Positions 29,426 to 40,064 of a stretch of DNA of 64,000 bases are shown in pieces. This DNA is from an uncultured Bacteroidia bacterium (lineage in GTDB: Bacteria > Bacteroidota > Bacteroidia > NS11-12g > UBA955): the NCBI GenBank assembly GCA_938086785.1, contig CALKCM010000005.1, positions 501 through 64,500 of the forward strand, written 5' to 3'. The position numbers were made by a program, and so were the translations under genes. Numbering within the stretch: the stretch's first letter is position 1; every line of letters starts with the position of its first letter. Under the pieces are notes generated by a model. It saw only the letters and a program-made list of their open reading frames with translations. It was not told where the DNA came from and searched no databases.

Positions 29426-29628
29426 CAAAAGATAGCAACGGAAATACATTAGAGGACGGCGATAATGTCATTGTAATCAAAGATTTAAAAGTAAAAGGAT
29501 CAAGCACTGGTTTAAAGCGCGGTACTAAACTTAAAAATATACGATTAACCAATAATCCAGCTGAAATTGAGAGTGGTTCTGGTAAGAATTGCGTGGTTGT
29601 AAAAACACAATTCATCAAAAAAAGCTAA
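29422..29628 (+). CDS. PhnA/YjdM C-terminal-domain-only protein (68 aa)
   Basis: DSNGNTLEDGDNVIVIKDLKVKGSS..LKRGTKLKNIRL matches the PhnA C-terminal domain. There is no zinc-ribbon N-domain. Its ATG overlaps the GH92 stop (ATGA). Confidence 0.65.
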   Translation: MTKDSNGNTLEDGDNVIVIKDLKVKGSSTGLKRGTKLKNIRLTNNPAEIESGSGKNCVVVKTQFIKKS

Positions 29629-29662
29629 TTAAAGCATATAGGGTAGGACACTCAATAACCGT

Positions 29663-30682
29663 TTACGCCTCGTTTTGCGCGGCATACGATACTAAGACAG
29701 GATGCACAATTTTGCGCCACAAGGGTGGAATGAGTGCAGGTATAATTAAAGCAGCATAACCCCCGGGAAGGTTTGGAGATTCAGCATATGTATCAAGCAT
29801 ATGATACGGCTTATTTGCATGGAAATGATGATCTGCATGACGGCTGATATCTATGAGGATAAATCGAGATACATATTGATCGTTATTCCAACTATGCGCT
29901 AGTGAAACCTTCTCATTTCCTGCTCGTTCCAGGCCATAATGCTCAATATAGTTCACATATTCAGCTAAAATAGCGGAAATCAAAACAGAGATGCTCCAAG
30001 CCAACAAGCCCCACCAAGATAGGCTGAGGTAAATGGCAAGGATTATTATAAGTTGAATGATAAAAGCCCGAACCATATAATTATTTAAAGAATAGGGGCT
30101 TTTGTTTTTTCGTTTAAGCAAGCCAGCTTCGGATGCCCAAGCTTGTTTTAATTGACCAGATATAGAACGTACTACAAATCGATACAAAGGCTCATTATAG
30201 CGAGCTGTAGCTGCATCATTAGGAGTTCCCACGTCTTTGTGATGAATTCTTAAATGGTGAATATAAAAATAGATATTTCCGCCAAGAGCCAGCAAAAACT
30301 TACCTAAGGATCGATGGAAGGTCGAATGCTTATGAATGAGTTCATGGGCAATAACAATAGCGCTGGTAGCCGTGTGTGCTCCAGAGCTTAGGGCGGCTAA
30401 AATAAGAGTAGTATGGGCAAGAATTCCTGTTTTTATACCGTAGGCTAAGGAGCCTAGAACCAAGACATTTGCCAAAACATGCATCAATAGAACAAATTCC
30501 GGCAAAGCAGCAGAACCATTGGAGTGATTATTTGATTTATTTGCACCGGTAAGCCACTCAAGGAGGGCTAGGATAAAGAAACTGAAGAAAAAATTGGCAA
30601 ATGCCCAATAACCGCCTGTTATATTTCCATATACAGCCAACACAGCTGGGATTAGACTTAATAGGTATAGATAATTGCGCAT
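29663..30682 (-). CDS. alkB: alkane 1-monooxygenase / membrane fatty-acid-desaturase-like di-iron hydroxylase (AlkB family)
   Basis: His boxes HELIHK, HHLRIHH(K)DVGTPNDAATA, NYIEHYGL and HSWN...RHADHH. The start is trimmed to the ATG at 30682. Confidence 0.8.
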   Translation of the reverse strand: MRNYLYLLSLIPAVLAVYGNITGGYWAFANFFFSFFILALLEWLTGANKSNNHSNGSAALPEFVLLMHVLANVLVLGSLAYGIKTGILAHTTLILAALSSGAHTATSAIVIAHELIHKHSTFHRSLGKFLLALGGNIYFYIHHLRIHHKDVGTPNDAATARYNEPLYRFVVRSISGQLKQAWASEAGLLKRKNKSPYSLNNYMVRAFIIQLIIILAIYLSLSWWGLLAWSISVLISAILAEYVNYIEHYGLERAGNEKVSLAHSWNNDQYVSRFILIDISRHADHHFHANKPYHMLDTYAESPNLPGGYAALIIPALIPPLWRKIVHPVLVSYAAQNEA

Positions 30683-30963
30683 GTGAGTAATGAATTCGTA
30701 TTTCGCAAGCAAATGTAATGGAATAATTATAATAGGAATACCTTAAATGTATTTTGATTAGTAAATGTATTGAAATAGTTAAAATGAGATGTAAATTCAA
30801 TTGGTTAATGATGGTAATGTGGGCCGAATTCACAAAATAGCTTCTTTGAGCTATTCAGAAATAACCGGCGCGGGAACAATCGAAAGTGACATGACCGTTT
30901 TAAATGAATATGCAAAATTGAAAAACAGCGTGTAAGATATGATAAGCAGTAGTATATTTGATT

Positions 30964-31287
30964 ATGAACAAATCTAATTTTTTAATACTACTTTTTATTC
31001 TCTCCGCTTTTTTATCATTAGCCTTTGTGATGAAACCGGCCGAAGATGTGCAGAAACCTAAAATGGCCAATGTTTCAAATGAAGACGGTATATATTTATT
31101 TTTAATGTGTGATCCGGTCGATAAGTACGAAACTTTAGGCGAAGTAGAAGGTCCAGTTTTAGTTTGGGATCATAAATTTCCTACAACCTTAAAGTATATG
31201 ACAAAGAGAACTAAAAAGCAATACCCAAATGCAGACGGCGCTATTATGTTAAGTCAGTACAAATGGAAAGCGATTAAGTTTAAGTAA
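30964..31287 (+). CDS. small secreted or membrane-anchored protein, unknown function
   Basis: 107 aa from the ATG at 30964, with an N-terminal hydrophobic signal/anchor (NFLILLFILSAFLSLAFV). I recognise no family. Confidence 0.4.
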   Translation: MNKSNFLILLFILSAFLSLAFVMKPAEDVQKPKMANVSNEDGIYLFLMCDPVDKYETLGEVEGPVLVWDHKFPTTLKYMTKRTKKQYPNADGAIMLSQYKWKAIKFK

Positions 31288-31861
31288 TTTTATAGGCTTT
31301 ACTTTTTTTCCTCAAAAGATGAACGGCCATTATTTCCCGGTATTCTTCGGAGTTCAAAATATCCGAATCTCTTTTTGCGCGGCCCTCTAAAATTGTTTTT
31401 TTTGACTCTTTTAATCTGTGGTGATGTTCGTAACTATAAATCTTTGGTACAAAGCCATTTTTTAAATGTGGGCGCAAATGTTCGTGATTTTTAAGTAATA
31501 CATGATCGAATGTATCGAGGTACTTTTTGTCCTGGATCAATTGTTCAATAATGACCGTAATTTTTGCCCTGGTATAATGCAGGGCCTTTTTTTGACAACC
31601 TTCTTTTATTTGTTCGCATAAGGATATCATATCTTTAGATAAGTCAATAATTACGTAAGTAGGGCCATATAGATCTAAATGGCGGCAATAGAAGCTATCA
31701 ATCATTTTTTTTTCTATTTCATTTAAACGCTCAAAAATACTTCTATGACCAGTATATATATATAGCTCCCAAGTAATAGCGCGAAGGGTGCTTATATATT
31801 CTATATAGTCCAGGACGCGATGATTGGCCCATTTTGTCAATGTATTAATTATGGTATTCAT
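31280..31861 (-). CDS. hypothetical His-rich helical protein (193 aa), unknown function
   Basis: The ORF is trimmed to the ATG at 31861; the upstream part of the track ORF reads like promoter DNA. His clusters present (HEHLRPH, YEHHHR). I recognise no family. Confidence 0.4.
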   Translation of the reverse strand: MNTIINTLTKWANHRVLDYIEYISTLRAITWELYIYTGHRSIFERLNEIEKKMIDSFYCRHLDLYGPTYVIIDLSKDMISLCEQIKEGCQKKALHYTRAKITVIIEQLIQDKKYLDTFDHVLLKNHEHLRPHLKNGFVPKIYSYEHHHRLKESKKTILEGRAKRDSDILNSEEYREIMAVHLLRKKSKAYKIT

Positions 31862-32100
31862 TTTGGTCAAGTGACTAGTATACAAATACTTATCTTTATA
31901 TATACAAATTTTGTACAAAAGTAAAATCGTGTTAACGCTGTATTTATCGGGGTTTGAGAGCTTATGGGGGTTTAATTTAATCATTATGGTACAATATTAG
32001 ATGTTTTGTCATTTTCATAAAAGCCAGCATATCAATAAGTTACAATATATAGGAAAATCAATTTGTTACATAATTAACATTATGTTAAGTAGCTATTTTA

Positions 32101-32130
32101 AAAGAAAGTCCCATGGTTCACATGGGACTT
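32101..32130 (-). terminator. intrinsic terminator after the TPR gene
   Basis: Perfect stem AAGTCCCATG / CATGGGACTT with a GTTCA loop, followed on the minus strand by a T-rich tract, about 25 nt past the stop at 32153. Confidence 0.6.
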
Positions 32131-32152
32131 CCCTTTTGAAGATATTAAGAGA

Positions 32153-33409
32153 TTAATTCTCTAGGTATTCTTTCATGCTTCTATAATACTGTGCCTTGCC
32201 AGGATTATCCAATTCTGAATAAACCACATACAAAGCTTGGTATAAATTTCTTTTATCATTTACTCCGTACTCGGTGTTCTCTGTAGCAATTAGCAAATAC
32301 TCTTCTGCCGTTCGATAAACATTTAATAAACCTTCATCGGCTTTATTTCTATCAGCCTCTGTTCTAGCGTTTACTTTCATGTTTCTCCATTTCATGGTTT
32401 CGTAACTTACGATGTTGGCACCTAAGTCAAAGTATGCGTCATAGTTAAACTCATCCAACTCTATGGCTTTTTTATAATCCATTCTGGCTAAGCTGTGCTC
32501 TTTCAAGACGTCATCACGCAATTTTCCTCGTAGATAAAAGTACGATGAATTTGTACTGTCTATATTAATCATTTCCTCAACTACATCCAATAACTTATCT
32601 GTTTGATTAGAAGAAATATAGAAGTTTTTTAAGACATTAAACATTTCCTTTTCTTGGGGATTGTTTTTGTAGGCAGTCATCAGCATAGATTCTGCTTTTG
32701 CAGTGTCCCCTTCTCCCAAGTATACAAGGGAGAGTCCTTCATAGGCCATGGCATTTAATTCTCCAGATTTAATAGATGCACCAAAGATTCTTTTTTTCGT
32801 TTCTATATTATCTGATTTAGCTACGAAGTACATTAGTCGTTCGGTCACAGCGCTTTTCGTAATTCCGTTATTTGAGAATTTTCGCACAGCGCTGGTATCT
32901 AATTTATCAAAAAGATAACTTCCCAACTCCATATACATCACTAAGCTGTCATAACTAATCAAACTATCATTGCTTCTTTGAAGAAGTGAGTTTGACTCAT
33001 TATATAAGGTGGCAAATGAATTTCCTACTTCTAAACTTGCTTCATAAATATCGTCATCTTTTTTAGGACCGGGATGTTCATAAAATTTTTGCATGCTAAG
33101 ACCAGAGGTTAATCCAGCAGAAGTTAAATCTTCGCTTGCAAATTTACCATTGCTCCTTTTGTACCACACTCGTGAATATACCATGCTTCTATACAGCCAC
33201 ATTCGGGGGCTATTTGAGGTTCTTTCATGTCTGTATGCTTTCTGGATATCATTATATGCTTCCACTAGGTAACTTATATCCTCTTGAGCATATTGCAAGG
33301 AAGCTCCTACTGATCTTAAGACATTGTTCTGAGCCGTGGCAGCTTGCATAAAGCACGCAAGACCAACAAACAATGCAGCCATCTTTGATATTCTATTCTT
33401 ATTCTTCAT
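32153..33409 (-). CDS. secreted TPR-repeat protein
   Basis: Signal peptide from the ATG at 33409 ([27 protein letters not shown]). TPR-like helical repeats in the C-terminal half. Confidence 0.55.
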   Translation of the reverse strand: MKNKNRISKMAALFVGLACFMQAATAQNNVLRSVGASLQYAQEDISYLVEAYNDIQKAYRHERTSNSPRMWLYRSMVYSRVWYKRSNGKFASEDLTSAGLTSGLSMQKFYEHPGPKKDDDIYEASLEVGNSFATLYNESNSLLQRSNDSLISYDSLVMYMELGSYLFDKLDTSAVRKFSNNGITKSAVTERLMYFVAKSDNIETKKRIFGASIKSGELNAMAYEGLSLVYLGEGDTAKAESMLMTAYKNNPQEKEMFNVLKNFYISSNQTDKLLDVVEEMINIDSTNSSYFYLRGKLRDDVLKEHSLARMDYKKAIELDEFNYDAYFDLGANIVSYETMKWRNMKVNARTEADRNKADEGLLNVYRTAEEYLLIATENTEYGVNDKRNLYQALYVVYSELDNPGKAQYYRSMKEYLEN

Positions 33410-35987
33410 TTTTATTATTCTCTTCGTTTCCTTCATTGGATTCATCTGTTCCTGTGGCTTCTTCATTTGTTCCACTGTCTTCTACTGTTCCTTCTACCCC
33501 ATCTATATCCAAATTCTCTTCTTCTTCATCCTCTCTCGGAACCTTAGCTACAGATGCGATAGCATCTTCACCCTTGATATTAATCAATTTAACTCCTTGG
33601 GTAGCTCTTCCCATAATTCTCACTTTTTCCAAGCCCATGCGAATCGTTACACCACTTTTGTTAATAATCATTAAACCATCCTCATCTGTCACTGCTTTGA
33701 TTCCAACAAGGTTTCCTGTTTTTTCGGTAATACTAATGGTTTTTACTCCTTTTCCTCCACGGCCAGTAATTCGGTAATCATTAACTTCCGTTCTCTTTCC
33801 GTACCCTTTTTCACTTACGACCATTATGGTTGTGCTTTCATCATTAGGAGAAACACAAATCATGCCAATCACCTCATCCTCAGGTCCTTCAAGGGTTACA
33901 CCCCTTACACCTGCTGCAGTTCTTCCCATTGATCTCACTTTAGCTTCTGGAAAACGTATGGCTTTACCACTTTTCTTAGCAATAAGGATATCGTTGTTTC
34001 CATTGGTTAATGAAGCCCAGAGTAACTCATCTCCATCTCTCACTGTAATGGCATTTATTCCATTCGTTCTTGGCCTTGAGTATGCCTCTAAAGAGGTCTT
34101 CTTTATAATACCTCTTTTTGTTACCATCGTAACAAAATGACTATTTAAATATTCTTCTTCTTTTAAATTAGAAATATTCAAGAAGGCTTTAATACTGTCG
34201 TCTTTGGGCAGGGCTACCATATTTTGAATAGGCCTTCCTTTAGTAGTTTTCCCTCCTTCAGGAATTTCGTATACTTTGAGCCAGAAACATCTGCCTTGCT
34301 CTGTAAATAAGAGTAAATAGTTATGCGTGCTTGCACTAAACAGGTGTTCAACAAAATCTGCATCTCTATGTCCCACTCCTTTATTTCCTCTTCCTCCTCT
34401 TTTTTGTTCTCTATATTCGCTTAAAGAAGTACGCTTGATGTATCCCATGTGACTTAGGGTTACAACCATTTCTTCATTTGGAATTAAATCTAAAATATTA
34501 ATATCACCAGAATCTGGCTCTATCATTGTTCTACGCTCATCTCCGTATTTTTCTTTAACTTCAAGCGTTTCTGTTTTAATAATACCCATTTGAAGTTCTT
34601 CGCTGGCCAAAATACTTTCCAGGTAGTCTATTTCTTCCATTATGGAATCATATTCAGCTCTAATCTTGTCAATTTCAAGACCAGTTAACCTTTGCAAACG
34701 CATATCCAGTATGGCTTTGGCTTGAAGTTCGCTGAGTTTAAAATCACTAATTAAACCTGCCTTTGCCTCATCTGGGTTTTTACTGCCTCTAATCAGTTTA
34801 ATAACTGCATCTAAATTGTCAAGAGCAATGATTAAACCTTCTAAGATATGAATTCTACGCCTTGCATCTGCAAGTAAATAGCGGGTCCTACGCATAATTA
34901 CTTCATGACGAAAATCAACAAATGCTTCAATCATTGTTTTCATATTCATCATGATAGGCTTGCCTTTTACTAAGGCAATATTGTTCACACTAAAGCTACT
35001 CTGTAGCGGTGTAAACTTGTATAATTGGTTAAGAATTACATTGCTTATGGCATCTCTTTTTAAATCAAAAACCACACGCATGCCCTGGCGTCCACTTTCA
35101 TCTCTTACCGCAGATATTCCATCAATAACCTTTTCATTTACCAAATCTACCGCTCTCACTATAATTTGAGTCGGGCTAATTTGATAGGGCATTTCTGTGA
35201 TAACGATGCGTTCTTTTCCAGTGCTGGTAGTTTCAATTTCTGCCTTACCACGCATAACAATGCGACCTCTACCCGTTTCACAGGCAGACTTTATTCCTTC
35301 AAAGCCATGAATAATACCCCCAGTTGGAAAATCAGGGCCTTTAATATGTTGCATCAACTCGCTTACTTCAATATCTCTATTATCAATGTAAGCAGCTATA
35401 CCATCGCATACTTCAGATAAGTTATGCGGCGCCATATTCGTGGCCATACCCACAGCAATTCCGGCTGCTCCGTTTACTATTAAGTTTGGTATTCGAGAAG
35501 GCAATACAGATGGCTCCTTTAAGGAATCATCAAAGTTTGGACGATAATCAACCGTATCTTTATCAATATCAGACATGGTTTCTTCAGCTATTTTTCTCAT
35601 TCTAGCTTCGGTATAACGCATGGCAGCTGGAGGATCTCCATCTATACTACCAAAGTTTCCTTGCCCATCTACCATTGGGTATCTCAAACTCCAATCTTGA
35701 GCCATACGAACCATGGTATCATATACACTGCTATCTCCGTGCGGGTGGTACTTACCTAAAACTTCTCCTACAATACGTGCTGATTTTTTATGTGGACGAT
35801 TAGGAGCTAAACCAAGCTCGGTCATTCCATATAATACCCTTCTGTGAACCGGTTTTAAACCATCCCTAGCATCGGGCAATGCACGTGATACAATAACCGA
35901 CATTGAATAATCAATGTAGGCTGATTTCATTTCGTCTTCTATATTAATCGAAATAATATTTTCTCCGATATCCTTATTCTCGTCCAT
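33399..35987 (-). CDS. gyrA: DNA gyrase subunit A
   Basis: Active-site region ([12 protein letters not shown] ... AAMRYTE), a C-terminal beta-pinwheel and an acidic tail. Confidence 0.97.
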   Translation of the reverse strand: MDENKDIGENIISINIEDEMKSAYIDYSMSVIVSRALPDARDGLKPVHRRVLYGMTELGLAPNRPHKKSARIVGEVLGKYHPHGDSSVYDTMVRMAQDWSLRYPMVDGQGNFGSIDGDPPAAMRYTEARMRKIAEETMSDIDKDTVDYRPNFDDSLKEPSVLPSRIPNLIVNGAAGIAVGMATNMAPHNLSEVCDGIAAYIDNRDIEVSELMQHIKGPDFPTGGIIHGFEGIKSACETGRGRIVMRGKAEIETTSTGKERIVITEMPYQISPTQIIVRAVDLVNEKVIDGISAVRDESGRQGMRVVFDLKRDAISNVILNQLYKFTPLQSSFSVNNIALVKGKPIMMNMKTMIEAFVDFRHEVIMRRTRYLLADARRRIHILEGLIIALDNLDAVIKLIRGSKNPDEAKAGLISDFKLSELQAKAILDMRLQRLTGLEIDKIRAEYDSIMEEIDYLESILASEELQMGIIKTETLEVKEKYGDERRTMIEPDSGDINILDLIPNEEMVVTLSHMGYIKRTSLSEYREQKRGGRGNKGVGHRDADFVEHLFSASTHNYLLLFTEQGRCFWLKVYEIPEGGKTTKGRPIQNMVALPKDDSIKAFLNISNLKEEEYLNSHFVTMVTKRGIIKKTSLEAYSRPRTNGINAITVRDGDELLWASLTNGNNDILIAKKSGKAIRFPEAKVRSMGRTAAGVRGVTLEGPEDEVIGMICVSPNDESTTIMVVSEKGYGKRTEVNDYRITGRGGKGVKTISITEKTGNLVGIKAVTDEDGLMIINKSGVTIRMGLEKVRIMGRATQGVKLINIKGEDAIASVAKVPREDEEEENLDIDGVEGTVEDSGTNEEATGTDESNEGNEENNKNEE

Positions 35988-36085
35988 GCTTAAATTTCCT
36001 GCAAAGTAATACAGTAAGGCTATGTTTTTAACATAGGTTTCTCACATAAAACCCACAATTTAGGGGGGATTAATACAAATTTTTA

Positions 36086-36568
36086 TTACAACTCCTCTAC
36101 CCCATCAAATATCTTCTGTAAACGCTGTAAATACTTGATTTTTTGTAGCTCCTGTGAGATGTATTTTAGGATTTCTGATTGCCCGTTTTGATCCCATTCG
36201 AGGGCCTTTTCCTCCAGAGCTATATTTACCTCAGAAAAATATGTTTGCAAGCTATTTTTAACCGATGCTTTTAAACTTTCATTTCCCTTCGATTCTATAA
36301 TTGAATCGTTTAATTCCATCATCTCCATGAGCCACATGTCATCTAACTTCATCGCTTCCTGAGGATAAACCAAACCTAGAAGGTACGAATATCTTTTGTA
36401 GGGGTCTTTTAAGGTATTGTATGATTCGTTAATGAAAGCGGATGACTCTATATCATCGCCCTTTAAATCGGGATGATGACTGAGCTGCAGAGCAATAAAT
36501 TTCTTTCTTAACTCTCCAAGATCAATGATAAACTTAGGATTCCAACCGAAAAGTTCATAAGCATTCAT
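36086..36568 (-). CDS. hscB: Fe-S cluster co-chaperone HscB-like J-protein
   Basis: N-terminal J-domain with HPD (LSHHPDL), a C-terminal helical bundle and a length of 160 aa, resembling HscB. Confidence 0.6.
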   Translation of the reverse strand: MNAYELFGWNPKFIIDLGELRKKFIALQLSHHPDLKGDDIESSAFINESYNTLKDPYKRYSYLLGLVYPQEAMKLDDMWLMEMMELNDSIIESKGNESLKASVKNSLQTYFSEVNIALEEKALEWDQNGQSEILKYISQELQKIKYLQRLQKIFDGVEEL

Positions 36569-36572
36569 AAAT

Positions 36573-37937
36573 TTAATTGCCTACAATGGCATTGTAAATA
36601 TCCAATCCAAAGATTAAGACCATTAGCGTTAGAATGATAACCATTCCAATTGCCTGCATGGCATACTGAAATTTTTCATTGGGCATGCGACCAGTTGCCA
36701 TTTCGTACAAAACAAAAGTAGCATGTCCCCCGTCTAAACCTGGAATAGGAAGAACATTAAAAAAGGCTAGAGCCATAGATAATAAACCTGTTAAGTTCCA
36801 AAAACGCTGCCAATTCCACTGATCTCCGAACATGCGCGCAATTCCAACTGGACCACTTAACGATTTGGTTGCATCTAGCTTACCACTAAAAATCGCTCCA
36901 AACCCTTTTACGCTGCCTGCTAATGCATTAAATGATGCTGTAACACCTTTTCCTATGGACTGGCCAAAACTGTAGGTTTCGCGTATAATATCATTTTCAT
37001 CGAAGGTAAAGGGCTTCATTGATATACCAATGGTCCCTTCTTCTGAGACTTTCATGGTAGAACGAATAGTATCTTTGTTTCGAAGAACTGCAATGGTTAC
37101 TTCACTGTTCTTATTTTTCTTGATTTGGTAAGAAAATAATCGACCCGTAAAAGCGTCCTCTCCATTTACCTGCAGGAGACGATCGCCCTTTTTTAAGGAA
37201 CTGCTATAGGCAGGCCCACCTGGCAATAAAGAATCGACTAAAGCATGGTCAATAACAAGCAACATGGGTTTATTTTTATTGCCGGCTAAGGTATTTCCAT
37301 ACTCTGCACCGGGGTCAAACTTTACCTGCTTGCCATCTCTTAAAGCAGTAATTTCTTTGGTGTCAGCAAGTAAAAAATCAGTTTTGAAAAGCTCTTCGTA
37401 TCTTTTCATTTCTTGGCCGTTTAATGCTACAATTTTATCTCCGGTCTTAAAGCCTAACTCCTCCATCTCTTGAGATGCATAGATGCCATGTTTTGCATTT
37501 ACTGCTGAAGCGGGTAAATACGAATCGCCCCAGTATGCTTTTATTCCGGTAAAAATGATGATTCCAAGGATAATATTAAAGATAATACCACCCATGAGAA
37601 CAATTAGTCTTTGCCATGCGGGCTTTGCACGGTATTCATCTGGCTCTGGGTCTTTCCCCAAATCATCTTTATCCGTGGTTTCATCCACCATTCCCGCAAT
37701 TTGAACGTATCCTCCCATAGGAAACCAGCCAAGTCCATACTCGGTAGCTCCAATTTTTTTCTTAAAAATAGCGAAGTTTAAAACATTAGGCATGGGAAAT
37801 AAAAAATCAAAAAATAAATAGAACTTGTCTACCCTTATTTTAAATAATCTAGCCGCTAAAAAATGACCTAATTCATGTATTGTTATTAAGATCCCTAAGG
37901 CCAAGAATATCTGACCGATCATGATTAATGTTCCCAT
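36573..37937 (-). CDS. rseP: RIP metalloprotease RseP (site-2 protease)
   Basis: HELGHF zinc motif in TM1, a central PDZ region and a C-terminal NVLPIPGLDGG motif. Confidence 0.9.
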   Translation of the reverse strand: MGTLIMIGQIFLALGILITIHELGHFLAARLFKIRVDKFYLFFDFLFPMPNVLNFAIFKKKIGATEYGLGWFPMGGYVQIAGMVDETTDKDDLGKDPEPDEYRAKPAWQRLIVLMGGIIFNIILGIIIFTGIKAYWGDSYLPASAVNAKHGIYASQEMEELGFKTGDKIVALNGQEMKRYEELFKTDFLLADTKEITALRDGKQVKFDPGAEYGNTLAGNKNKPMLLVIDHALVDSLLPGGPAYSSSLKKGDRLLQVNGEDAFTGRLFSYQIKKNKNSEVTIAVLRNKDTIRSTMKVSEEGTIGISMKPFTFDENDIIRETYSFGQSIGKGVTASFNALAGSVKGFGAIFSGKLDATKSLSGPVGIARMFGDQWNWQRFWNLTGLLSMALAFFNVLPIPGLDGGHATFVLYEMATGRMPNEKFQYAMQAIGMVIILTLMVLIFGLDIYNAIVGN

Positions 37938-38033
37938 ATAATTCTAAAGTGGCAAATTTAAGGTTTTTAATCTCTTAAAAAGCCCATTTTCGTATAAAAA
38001 TTAAGCCAGCTTGTAGAATGTCTCCTGCGTCAA

Positions 38034-40064
38034 TTATTTAGCTAAATTCTTATAAAAATCAAGTTGAGAAACCACCTCTTTTCCTGCGTTTGTTGAATAT
38101 TTATTTCTCAACTTACCATACATTAATCGGCTCTTCGTGTTGTCCGCAAGTTGAAGATGGAGGAAATCAAGCAGTGTTTTTTTATGTTTCTTGTTTTTAA
38201 TAGGAGTCGTGACTTCAATTCTGAAATCTAAATTACGTCTCATAATATCGGCACTACCCAAGTACGTTTTTTCCTTTCCCCCGGCATAAAAATAAAAAAT
38301 ACGAGCATGTTCCAGGTATCGATCAACTATGCTCACAGCACGTATGTTTTTGTGATTAAGTTTAAGTCGCAATCTAAAAATACCACGAATAATCAAATCT
38401 ATCTTTACGCCGGATTCTGCGGCTTGCAACAGTTTAAGACAGAGTTCCGTATCCTCCAAGCTGTTGCATTTTATGATTATTCGGCCAGTCCCTCCTGCTT
38501 GGACTTCTTTTATTTCATTATCTATGAGTGCTTTTAGTTTAGAGCGGGTATTTAAAGGACTTACTATTAATTCTTTAAACACATAGCTATCGAGTCTAAA
38601 ATTTCTAATAAGACCGAATACTTTGCTAATCTCTTTGTTTATGGAAGCATCTGATGTTAATAAGGAAAAATCACAATAAAGCTGAGCTGTATCTTCATTG
38701 AAATTACCCGTACCTATATGACCAATGTATTTCTCTTTTCCTTTATGCTCTAACTTTATCTGAAGCAATTTAGAGTGGACTTTCATGTTGGGAATAGAAT
38801 CCATGATTTCTACCCCTTCTTCTTTCAACCTCTTCGCCCATTCCATATTGACTTTTTCCATAAACCTCGCTCTCAATTCAGTGAGCACTCTTACCCTCTT
38901 CCCATTCTTTACTGCATTTATTAAGGCATTTGCCACAGCTGAGGTACTAGCCAATCGATAGAGCGTAATATTAATTTCTTTAACCGCCGGGCTAATGGAA
39001 GCTTCCATCAAAAGTTTTGGAATGTAATTAAAACTCTGGTATGGATAAGCAATAAGCTCATCCTGCTTTAACAAATGATTAAGCATAGAATGGCTATTTT
39101 CTAAATGATCTATTCTCTTGGGCACAATGGGCTTATATATTAAATTCTTTTTTCCTAGTACCGGGAAATTCATAAAATCTTTAAAATTGTGATATTTCCC
39201 TCCTGGGATGGCCTGGGCTTTATGAATATTGAGTTTATCTCTCAGCAACTTCAGTAAATCAGATGGGATGTTCTCATCATATATAAAACGGGTAGGGATT
39301 CCTTTTTTTCTAAGCTTAACACTTTTGGCTACTTTTTCAACCATAGATAAATCATCCGATTCTTCTAAATCTAGTTCTGCATCCCGAGATAGCTTAATGG
39401 TATAGGCTTCCACCTCTGTAGCATTTGTGCTTCTAAACAAATTGAGTAAATTGCATCGTATCACATCGTCCAGTAAGAGAACTCTACGAGGGCCCGTGCT
39501 TTGCTTTAGAATATAAAATCGTGAGAGCACGTGGCAAGGTATATTTACAATGGCATAATTTACCTTTACATTTTTTCCTTTGAGCTTAACAGCTAAATAG
39601 ATTTGACCATCGTTCAAATTAGGAAATGGGCGCATTGAACTAATAACGATTGGAAATATTCTTGGAGCGACTGAATCTGTAAAATAATTTGTTACTTCCT
39701 TCAATTCGTTTGAGCTCAGTTGAGATTCATCCGTTATCTCGATGCCTTCCAACACCAACTGCCTTTTTATTTGATGATATATTACATCAAAATTTTGCTG
39801 CTGTTTAAGAACAATTCCCTTCACTTGTCCCATGATTACTTTAGCTTGTTCGACATCAATACTGTTTGATTTTCTTTTCAAATCAACCACTCGCTTTAGT
39901 GTGGCCACTCGAACTCTAAAGAACTCATCGAGATTACTAGAAAAAATACCTAAAAACTTTAACCGCTCTATTAAGGGTACAGATGGATCTGCAGCCTCTT
40001 GTAAAACCCTTGCATTGAAAGAAAGCCAACTAATATCTCTATTTAAGAGTTTAGTAACATTCAT
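38034..40064 (-). CDS. ppk1: polyphosphate kinase 1
   Basis: N-terminal NRDISWLSFNARVLQEA and LKFLGIFSSNLDEFF, with two PLD-like C-domains. The start is trimmed to the ATG at 40064, which overlaps the upstream stop (ATGA). Confidence 0.92.
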   Translation of the reverse strand: MNVTKLLNRDISWLSFNARVLQEAADPSVPLIERLKFLGIFSSNLDEFFRVRVATLKRVVDLKRKSNSIDVEQAKVIMGQVKGIVLKQQQNFDVIYHQIKRQLVLEGIEITDESQLSSNELKEVTNYFTDSVAPRIFPIVISSMRPFPNLNDGQIYLAVKLKGKNVKVNYAIVNIPCHVLSRFYILKQSTGPRRVLLLDDVIRCNLLNLFRSTNATEVEAYTIKLSRDAELDLEESDDLSMVEKVAKSVKLRKKGIPTRFIYDENIPSDLLKLLRDKLNIHKAQAIPGGKYHNFKDFMNFPVLGKKNLIYKPIVPKRIDHLENSHSMLNHLLKQDELIAYPYQSFNYIPKLLMEASISPAVKEINITLYRLASTSAVANALINAVKNGKRVRVLTELRARFMEKVNMEWAKRLKEEGVEIMDSIPNMKVHSKLLQIKLEHKGKEKYIGHIGTGNFNEDTAQLYCDFSLLTSDASINKEISKVFGLIRNFRLDSYVFKELIVSPLNTRSKLKALIDNEIKEVQAGGTGRIIIKCNSLEDTELCLKLLQAAESGVKIDLIIRGIFRLRLKLNHKNIRAVSIVDRYLEHARIFYFYAGGKEKTYLGSADIMRRNLDFRIEVTTPIKNKKHKKTLLDFLHLQLADNTKSRLMYGKLRNKYSTNAGKEVVSQLDFYKNLAK

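Noticed and set aside
33336-33777. Two overlapping plus-strand ORFs (112 and 134 aa) with Ser/Phe-rich sequence
   Set aside because: They mirror the acidic Glu/Asp-rich tail of GyrA and the start of the TPR gene on the opposite strand, so they are a compositional artefact.
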